Shown here: positions 57,000 through 64,000 of the stretch, one piece after another
How positions within the stretch are numbered: position 1 is the first letter of the stretch
How the letters are laid out: the number at the start of each line of letters is the position of its first letter
The notes under the pieces: model-generated
The model's input: the letters and a program-made list of their open reading frames with translations, nothing else
What the model was told of the DNA's origin: nothing
Database searches by the model: none
Assembly (NCBI GenBank): GCA_963664325.2
Contig: CAXXDQ010000005.1
Coordinates: 32,001-96,000, forward strand
DNA length: 64,000 nt
Direction: 5' to 3'
Source of the DNA: Desulfomonilia bacterium
Lineage (GTDB): Bacteria; Desulfobacterota; Desulfomonilia; UBA1062
Position numbers and translations under genes: made by a program

Positions 57000-58904
57000 T
57001 CATGATGGATTAAGCTTTGCGGCGAGGTCTTCGAGTTCAGACCAGCGGGTATAAGCGGCATCGAGTTCAGCCTCCACTGCCTCGAGCCGTGCGAGCGCGT
57101 CATTGATGGTCTTTGCATCGCTTCTCGTCTGGAAAGAGGCGTCGTTAAGCTTTGCGGCGAGCTGCCGTTTTTCCTCTTCCAGCGATTCAATCTTTTGCGG
57201 GAGCTCCGCCAGTTCCCGCGATTCGTTGAAGGATAGCTTGGTCTTCTCCTTCGTCCGCGTCTCTTTCTTCGGCTGCTCCTTCCTCTTCCGCACGGGTTCA
57301 GGTACGGCAGGGGAGCGCTGCCTCAGGTAGTCGTCATAACCGCCCACGTATTCCTGCAAATTTCCGTTGCCCTCGCATGCTATGGTGGATGTCACCACAT
57401 TATTCAGGAACTCCCTGTCATGGCTGACCAGAAGCACGGTGCCCGTATATTCTACCAGCCTGTCTTCAAGCATCTCAAGCGTGTCCGCATCGAGGTCGTT
57501 GGTGGGTTCGTCCATAACGAGGACGTTCGAGGGCGTGCTGAACAGCTTTGCCAGCAGCAGCCGGTTGCGTTCGCCTCCGGAGAGCTTTTTTGCAGGCGAG
57601 ACGATCTGCTCCTTTGAGAAAAGAAAATTCTGAAGGTAGCCCACGACATGCCTTGGCGAGCCGCCCACAAAGACCATGTCGTTCTCGTCGGCGATATTTT
57701 CCCTGAGCGTCTTCCCGTCGTCGATCTGCGCCCTCAGCTGATCGAAGTAGGCGATCCTTATGCGCGAACCAAGCCTTATGCTGCCCTGCTGCGGATCGAG
57801 TCCTCCCAGAAGGAGTTTGAGAAGTGTGGTCTTTCCCGAACCGTTCGGTCCGATTATGCCCACCTTGTCGCCGCGGATGATTGTGGTGGAAAAGTCCCTT
57901 ATGATCGGTGTTTCCGAATAACCGAAGGTTATATCCATGGCATCGGCAACAAGCCTGCCGCTCGCCTCGGCCTGCTGGATGTTCAGGCTTACGCTGCCGG
58001 TCGAGTCTCTCCTCCGGGCCCTTTGTTCCCTCATCTGCATGAGCGCCCTGACCCGGCCCTCGTTCCTCGTCCTTCTCGCCTCAATGCCGCGCCTTATCCA
58101 GACCTCTTCTTTTGCGAGGTTTTTGTCGAATTCCCGCCTGTGCCTTTCCTCATCGGCAAGCAGGGCCTCCCTGCGTTCAGCATATGTGTCATAACCGGTA
58201 GCGAAGGAGATAAGCGCCCCCCGGTCTATCTCCACCATGCGGCCTGAAAGCCTTCTCAGAAACTCCCTGTCATGGGAGACGAACATGACGGTCTTTTCAT
58301 AGCCGAGCAGAAAGGCCTCGAGCCATTCGATCGAGGCGATATCCAGATGGTTGGTGGGCTCGTCCAGCAAAAGTATATCAGGGTCGTTAACCAGCGCCCT
58401 GGCCAGAAAAACCCTGCGCTTCATCCCTGCGGACAGTATTCCGAATTCCGCGTTTTCATCAAGCCCGGTCCGGCTGATCACGGTTTCGATGTCTTTGTGA
58501 TAATGCCATGCGCCCGAGGTTTCAAGCCGCTGCTGGATGTGTTCAAGCTTCCTGATATTGCCGTCGCTGCCGTCCAAGGTAATCCTTGCGGTGAGGCCGT
58601 GGTACTCCTTCAGCAGTTCGATATGTCCCGGGCCGCCGGAGGCCACAACATCGTAGACAGTCCCCGTCAGGCTGTCAGGGACTTCCTGCGGGAGCATGGA
58701 TATTTTTATATCGCCGTTTTTTATGACGCCGCCTGTGTCCGGGACAAGTTCACCTGCAAGCATCCTCATGAGCGTGGATTTGCCGGAGCCGTTGCGGCCG
58801 ACAAGGCCGATCCGCTCGCCTGTTTCGATATTGAGGCTTGCCCGGTCAAGGACCGGCGGGCCGCCGAACCTTATTGAGACGTTATTTATCGTTAAGAGGC
58901 GCAA
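57000..58904 (-). CDS. uup: ABC-F family ATPase Uup
   Basis: Two ABC domains (GRNGSGKST, GPNGSGKT), linker EEVWIRRGIEARRTRNEGRVRAL, C-terminal KLSFNE...YTRWSELE. Confidence 0.93.
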   Translation of the reverse strand: MRLLTINNVSIRFGGPPVLDRASLNIETGERIGLVGRNGSGKSTLMRMLAGELVPDTGGVIKNGDIKISMLPQEVPDSLTGTVYDVVASGGPGHIELLKEYHGLTARITLDGSDGNIRKLEHIQQRLETSGAWHYHKDIETVISRTGLDENAEFGILSAGMKRRVFLARALVNDPDILLLDEPTNHLDIASIEWLEAFLLGYEKTVMFVSHDREFLRRLSGRMVEIDRGALISFATGYDTYAERREALLADEERHRREFDKNLAKEEVWIRRGIEARRTRNEGRVRALMQMREQRARRRDSTGSVSLNIQQAEASGRLVADAMDITFGYSETPIIRDFSTTIIRGDKVGIIGPNGSGKTTLLKLLLGGLDPQQGSIRLGSRIRIAYFDQLRAQIDDGKTLRENIADENDMVFVGGSPRHVVGYLQNFLFSKEQIVSPAKKLSGGERNRLLLAKLFSTPSNVLVMDEPTNDLDADTLEMLEDRLVEYTGTVLLVSHDREFLNNVVTSTIACEGNGNLQEYVGGYDDYLRQRSPAVPEPVRKRKEQPKKETRTKEKTKLSFNESRELAELPQKIESLEEEKRQLAAKLNDASFQTRSDAKTINDALARLEAVEAELDAAYTRWSELEDLAAKLNPS

Positions 58905-58922
58905 GAGGGCCTGTCCTTGAAT

Positions 58923-59654
58923 TCAAATGAGTTTTTGCAGAACGGTAGTCCGGCTTTCTTCATAGTTTATATCTGGCGGCAGGTCCTTCCGGGAAGACAT
59001 TGACCTCGCCAGTTCGTCGCAGCGTTCGTTTTCATCATGTCCCGCATGTCCCTTTATCCATTCGAATATGACATCGTGTTTTTCGGCAAGTTCAAGCAGC
59101 GTTTTCCACAGGTCATAGTTCTCGGCAGGCTCATTCCTGGTGCGCATCCAGCCGTTTTTCCGCCATTTCTTTGCCCATCCTTCCATCATGCCTCTGACTA
59201 CATATTGCGAATCGGTACGGAGGAGCACCCTCACGGGTTTCTCAAATATGGCAAGGCCTTTGATTGCGCCTGAGAGCTCCATCCGGTTGTTTGTAGTCAT
59301 TCTGAACCCGCCGGAGAGTTCCCGGCGTCTGGGACCATCGATTATCACCACTCCATAACCGCCGGGTCCGGGGTTGTTGATGCTGCCTCCGTCGGAATAA
59401 ACAATTATCCGGTCATTTGCCTCAGCGGGTGCCGCTTTGGAATCAGCACCGGCGGCATGCCGGCCCGCGGACCTTAATGGCACCGGGTTTTTAAGCCAGA
59501 CCTCTGCTTCCTTCAGCGTCGGAAAGCCTTTGAACCTTGCGCCGTAAAAGCCGCGGACCTGGATTTCAGCGCCGTCAGGCCCGAACCAGGCATTATATAT
59601 GCCCGGCTTTTTCCCGGCGGCCACTGCGTAGAACTTTTTTTTTGGCTCAGCCAT
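58923..59654 (-). CDS. rnhA: Ribonuclease HI with N-terminal hybrid-binding domain
   Basis: KFYAVAAGKKPGIY..ARFKGF; YSDGGSINNPGPGG, TTNNRMEL, TDSQY, WIKGHAGHDENERCD. Confidence 0.95.
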   Translation of the reverse strand: MAEPKKKFYAVAAGKKPGIYNAWFGPDGAEIQVRGFYGARFKGFPTLKEAEVWLKNPVPLRSAGRHAAGADSKAAPAEANDRIIVYSDGGSINNPGPGGYGVVIIDGPRRRELSGGFRMTTNNRMELSGAIKGLAIFEKPVRVLLRTDSQYVVRGMMEGWAKKWRKNGWMRTRNEPAENYDLWKTLLELAEKHDVIFEWIKGHAGHDENERCDELARSMSSRKDLPPDINYEESRTTVLQKLI

Positions 59655-59686
59655 GAAGCATTGCAAAAAGAAGGCTAGCGCATTTA

Positions 59687-60424
59687 TTAAAAAGGCTCGT
59701 CGTCCGACGGTTTCAACCCGACGCTGTAGGTGATCATGAGCTGGATGCCGTTGACGTCGGTCTGTCCCGATACGTTGCTGAAGTTCAGCCTGGACAGGAA
59801 ACCCCGTACTCCCACACCCATCCATGAATTGTTTTTAAGCCTGAATTCGATCCCGGTCCTGGCATACAGACCCGGTCCGAATGACGAGGAGTTGTAGCTG
59901 TCATATGTGGCTTGAGGGGTGCTTACGTATTCGTTGCTTTGATTGTTGTTCTGTCCGAACATCAACAGCGGCCCCAGTCCGCCGTATACGCGCACCCGCT
60001 TCGCAATCTCGGCGCTCACGTAAGGGCCGATAAAAAGATCCAGCAGGTAGAGCTGGTTATCGATATGCACTGAAATCGATCCGTCTCCGCCGCTGGCCCT
60101 TACGGAATCGCTCATCCAGCTGAAGAAGGCTCCGCCTTCAATGCCGAAGGCAACCGGGTTTTTTATAATGGGCATACCGCCGCTCACACCCAGAAGCGGC
60201 ATCCAGGTGAAGGTGGATGTTGCCTCAACTGACGGGTAATTTGAGCTCTGGTAATTGAGGTTCAGGTCCGAATAGCGGACCGCCCCGAGCATTACCTGGA
60301 CCTGTGACTGCTGAAACGAACCTGAGTCCTGATCCGAATCGTCACCGGCAAATAAAGGGGTCCCGCCCATGCATATTACAAACAACAGACTGACGATAAG
60401 TTTTTTTCCATACCATGATTCCAT
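59687..60424 (-). CDS. Probable outer-membrane beta-barrel protein
   Basis: Signal peptide, alternating aromatic/Gly beta strands (VYGGLGPLLMFG, GLYARTGIEF). Confidence 0.7.
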   Translation of the reverse strand: MESWYGKKLIVSLLFVICMGGTPLFAGDDSDQDSGSFQQSQVQVMLGAVRYSDLNLNYQSSNYPSVEATSTFTWMPLLGVSGGMPIIKNPVAFGIEGGAFFSWMSDSVRASGGDGSISVHIDNQLYLLDLFIGPYVSAEIAKRVRVYGGLGPLLMFGQNNNQSNEYVSTPQATYDSYNSSSFGPGLYARTGIEFRLKNNSWMGVGVRGFLSRLNFSNVSGQTDVNGIQLMITYSVGLKPSDDEPF

Positions 60425-60620
60425 ATACGTGCTCTCCTCCCGTGCATTATTAGTGAATATCCTGTGGTAGACGGTCAAGCTGCCCCTGCTGTGGTTATGA
60501 TGTACCGTTTGAATAAACTATGGCTATTATTGCGGAATTGTCAAGAAACAAGGTACGCAGGTATAACCGGGTGAAACCGGATAGATTCCTGAAGACATCA
60601 CTGGTCCTTTGTTCACTGTC

Positions 60621-61445
60621 TCATGCATGTTTTTGCGTAAATAATCTCCGGCGGTGTTTGTTCCTTACTGGCAGATACTCCATGTAATTATCCGGCGGTG
60701 ATATATTCCTCGGATCCATGTTTTCAATCCTGTTTTTTACATAAACTCTCGCCTGGAAATTAAGGATATTCATCCTGCGGTCAAATTCTTTCCTGAGTTC
60801 CTCATATTCCAAAGTACTCAATCCCTGCGGAACGTACATGGGCTCAAAGTCATACACGACCGCTATCCTTGAAAACGGCAACGGCAGCACAAAGCGGTCC
60901 CATGAATTAAATTCGAACGAAGGCCGGGCGTCCCATGCAAAGGGAACCAGCGGTGAACCGGTACGGGCAGCCACCTGGATTATGCCCGGTTTTGAAACAT
61001 ATGGAGGGCCTATCGGACCGTCGGGTGTAAAACCCCCGTAATGGCCTTGCTTAATGAACTCCACCAGATCGTTCATGGCCTTTGTCCCGTTTTTTGTTGT
61101 CGAGCCCCTGAACGATTTCATGCCCAAACGATCGATAATGCGGGCGATGATCTCGCCGTCTTTTGATTCTGAAATGAGAGTCGCCCCGCCGCAATTCTTG
61201 AAGTGATAGGCATAATAAAAGATTCCTCTGTGCCAGCATGGGAACAGGATATCCTTTCTTTCTCTGAGCAGGCTTGTTTCTATTTCCCCGCCAAATACTT
61301 CCACCCTGCAGGTGCTGCAAAGGGCTGAAATGAAAGCGGCGCCGAGAGGGTATATAACCGGGCCCGCTGCTTTGAAAAATCCAGATTTATGGAAAAAAGC
61401 AGTGTTAATATCCGTACCTCCCGCTCCTGACCATACAGTGATCAT
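60621..61445 (-). CDS. DUF374 / lysophospholipid acyltransferase family protein
   Basis: CWH, LISESKDGE, RGSTTKNG, TPDGPIGP, SWDRFVLPLPFS; exact start uncertain. Confidence 0.88.
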   Translation of the reverse strand: MITVWSGAGGTDINTAFFHKSGFFKAAGPVIYPLGAAFISALCSTCRVEVFGGEIETSLLRERKDILFPCWHRGIFYYAYHFKNCGGATLISESKDGEIIARIIDRLGMKSFRGSTTKNGTKAMNDLVEFIKQGHYGGFTPDGPIGPPYVSKPGIIQVAARTGSPLVPFAWDARPSFEFNSWDRFVLPLPFSRIAVVYDFEPMYVPQGLSTLEYEELRKEFDRRMNILNFQARVYVKNRIENMDPRNISPPDNYMEYLPVRNKHRRRLFTQKHA

Positions 61446-61794
61446 ATACAGTATTTTTCATTTGGAATAAATATCCGGAAAACCAAATCATTATGTTAAT
61501 CATCAAATAAAAGCCGCTATGGCCGCCCGAGCTCAATCATTGCTCAGACCCGCCATAAAAGAATTTCAGCATGTACTGCCGCCCTGTCCGGACCGAACAT
61601 AACAGGCGGGTTTGGCATAAAGCCGGATCCATCAAATGTTTCAACAGAATAAGGTCATGCCAACGGGTGAAAATATACTGGCGGTTAAACGGATTCGGCA
61701 ACCGGATTATTAGGGTAATTTCATTTGACTTGATGGATTTTAGCCCGTAACCTGAAATTTCAGACTTAATCCGAAACCCTTGAAGGAGGAAGAC

Positions 61795-62973
61795 ATGCCA
61801 CTGAAGAGGCTCCTGGCCAAACGGACAGAAAACATGGGAGCAAGCGCGATCAGGGAAATCCTGAAGGTCGTTTCCCAGCCCGGCATGGTCTCTCTTGCAG
61901 GCGGCATACCGGCGCCTGAAAGCTTCCCCCTTGAAATAATGACCGAACTCACCGCCCGCGTGATCGAAAAATACGGCAGTCAGGCCTTCCAGTACGACCT
62001 GACAGAGGGATTCACGCCCCTGAGGGAAATCCTGGCTGAGTATCTCAAAGAAAGGGGCGTCAAGGCGAAACCTGATGAGGTGATCGTGGGCACGGGCTCG
62101 CAGGGATTTCTCGATGCTATGGGAAAGGCCCTGATCACACCGGGTGACAAAGTGGCGGTGGAGGCCCCGACATACCTTGGCGCCATTCAGGCGCTTAACC
62201 CTTACGAGCCGGATTATATAAGCATCGCAACCGACGACAGCGGCGTCATTCCTGATTCGCTTGAAGAGGTGCTGAAAAACAACGAAATAAAGCTCATTTA
62301 CCTTGTACCCACGTTCCAGAATCCGACCGGCAGGACCATAACGCTTGAGCGGAGAAAGAAAATCGCCGCCCTGATCATAAAGTACAGGGCCCTGCTCATA
62401 GAAGACGACCCGTACAGCATGCTCCGCTACCGCGGAGAGCCCCTGCCTCCCATCAAGACCCTTGCGCCGGACAACACGGTTTATATAAGCACGCTTTCCA
62501 AGGTCTTTGCGCCGGGATTGAGGCTCGGCTTCTGCGCGGCTCCGCCTGTGATCCTCAGATGGCTGGTGCTGGTGAAACAGGGCGTCGATCTCCATACGAG
62601 CACATTCAACCAGGCCCTGGCAGCCGAATACATGGCAGGCGGCTATCTTGAGCGGCACCTTCCGAAGATACTGGGCATCTATAAACCGAAGCAGGAGGCG
62701 ATGCTCAGTGCCCTTAGCATGTATTTCCCAGCCGATTTTTATTTTTCAAGGCCCGAAGGCGGCATGTTTATCTGGGTGGCAGGCAACCTTGACATGGATG
62801 TCGTATATGAAAAGGCAATAGAGAAAAATGTCGCATTCGTTCCCGGCAAATATTTCTTTACCAAAAAAGGAGAGGGAAAAGGCACCATGCGGCTCAATTA
62901 CACAATGAGCGATGAAGCGACTATTGACAGAGCGATAAAAACACTTTCCGGTGTAATAAGAAATTTCAAATGA
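61795..62973 (+). CDS. PLP-dependent aminotransferase (LysN/2-aminoadipate transaminase-like)
   Basis: SAIREILK, SLAGGIP, PTFQNPTG, EDDPY, STLSKVFAPGLRLG, PEGGMFIW. Confidence 0.93.
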   Translation: MPLKRLLAKRTENMGASAIREILKVVSQPGMVSLAGGIPAPESFPLEIMTELTARVIEKYGSQAFQYDLTEGFTPLREILAEYLKERGVKAKPDEVIVGTGSQGFLDAMGKALITPGDKVAVEAPTYLGAIQALNPYEPDYISIATDDSGVIPDSLEEVLKNNEIKLIYLVPTFQNPTGRTITLERRKKIAALIIKYRALLIEDDPYSMLRYRGEPLPPIKTLAPDNTVYISTLSKVFAPGLRLGFCAAPPVILRWLVLVKQGVDLHTSTFNQALAAEYMAGGYLERHLPKILGIYKPKQEAMLSALSMYFPADFYFSRPEGGMFIWVAGNLDMDVVYEKAIEKNVAFVPGKYFFTKKGEGKGTMRLNYTMSDEATIDRAIKTLSGVIRNFK

Positions 62974-62998
62974 TGCTCCATTGCCGGTAGGGATAAAA

Positions 62999-64000
62999 AT
63001 GGCTCATAATGACTATGACGTGATAGTGGCCGGGGCAGGCCCGGGCGGGTGTGTCGCCGCAATGAAGCTGGCGCAGGCCGGTCACAGGGTGGCACTGTTC
63101 GATTCTTCTGATGAGGACAGACTCGGCAAACCAATAATTGTCGAAGTCGAGAGGTCGATATTCCCCTTAGCCGGTGTCGATGCACCGTCCGGAGATATGG
63201 TGCCCTATCATGCCCGGGGCATGCGCTACATTTCGGCCCGGGGCAGGAAGGCCTTCAGCCTTGAAGACAAAGAGAACAGGCTGCCTGTCAGCCTTTACCA
63301 GGACCGGTATGTCAGAAGCCTGCTTGAAAAGGTTATCCGCTCAGGTGCAGTATTTGTAGGCGGGCAAAGGGTCGTTGCCCCGGTTCTTTCATCGGGCCGT
63401 GTAATAGGCGTTGAAACCGGGTCTGCGAAAGGCGGCGGCATCCATACTGCAAAAATAACAATCGACGCAACCGGCTTTCAGGCCGCCCTTGTCAGGGCCC
63501 TGCCGGAAGAGTGGGGTTTTGAATTTCCCGATGACGAGCGGCATGTCGTAAGCGCTGAAAACAGCTACAATGAGATTGTGCGCGATGCCGCGGAAATGGC
63601 GGTGAGGCAGGGACAACATGCCGATGACGAGGTCTGGGTCCGGCTCGGCGACTACGGCCCGTATTCGACCGTTTTTTCATACCTCTCAGTGAAAAGGGAC
63701 AGGGCCTATATCCTCGTGGGCCTTAAAAAGGCCCTGGAGAATAAAATCACCGCAGGGCAGGCTGTGGATAAATTTATCAGTGATGCCGGATGGTTCGGAA
63801 AAAAACTCCACGGGGGCTCGGGGTATATCCGCATCAGGCATTCGCTCGACAGGCTGGTTGCAGACGGGTTCATGGCAATCGGAGAGGCCGCGTGCATGGT
63901 GTTTCCCATGCATGCCAGCGGCGTCGCATCGTCCATGTATGCAGGCCTGCTGGCTGCAAAAACCGCATCCAGGGCCCTTGCCTCCGGCGATACGTCCGCA
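62999..64000 (+). CDS. FAD-dependent oxidoreductase (geranylgeranyl reductase-like), 3' end outside window
   Basis: Manual translation MAHNDYDVIVAGAGPGGCVAAMKLAQAG, IDATG, GFMAIGEAACMVFPMHASG. Confidence 0.85.
   Translation, partial: MAHNDYDVIVAGAGPGGCVAAMKLAQAGHRVALFDSSDEDRLGKPIIVEVERSIFPLAGVDAPSGDMVPYHARGMRYISARGRKAFSLEDKENRLPVSLYQDRYVRSLLEKVIRSGAVFVGGQRVVAPVLSSGRVIGVETGSAKGGGIHTAKITIDATGFQAALVRALPEEWGFEFPDDERHVVSAENSYNEIVRDAAEMAVRQGQHADDEVWVRLGDYGPYSTVFSYLSVKRDRAYILVGLKKALENKITAGQAVDKFISDAGWFGKKLHGGSGYIRIRHSLDRLVADGFMAIGEAACMVFPMHASGVASSMYAGLLAAKTASRALASGDTSA

Noticed and set aside
61537-62658. 373-aa minus-strand ORF (and similar long antisense ORFs at 2338-3336, 6151-7155, 45062-46012)
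   Set aside because: Antisense to well-supported genes; an expected artefact of GC-rich codon usage.

Overview
Bacterial chromosomal window, probably from an anaerobic Desulfobacterota/deltaproteobacterium (inferred from gene content; not verifiable here). From left to right: (1) a partial Ntn-hydrolase acylase gene, divergent from a FadR-regulated operon of two CrtI-like flavoproteins, an unannotated 44-aa peptide, an uncharacterised glycyl radical enzyme, its activase and a tandem PNPOx-fold protein, with several MITE/REP-like palindromes; (2) AT-rich orphan genes bracketed by a REP-like repeat, a PKD-repeat/FGE lipoprotein, two GH4 glycosidases, an ABC-2 exporter and miscellaneous genes; (3) a NusG/RfaH paralogue and hflX, which probably starts at an ATA codon; (4) a ~28-kb variable region between convergent hflX and uup. 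Region 4 contains interleaved diverged copies of both genes' 3' ends, two integrase-less integron cassette arrays (one with a two-gene HExxH peptidase + Pepco-like cassette) and a 13-gene beta-oxidation/corrinoid catabolic operon divergent from two MerR-TetR fusion regulators; (5) housekeeping genes (uup, rnhA, aminotransferase, FAD oxidoreductase). No rRNA, tRNA, CRISPR array, integrase or transposase was recognised. All family calls come from motifs read by eye, not from database searches.
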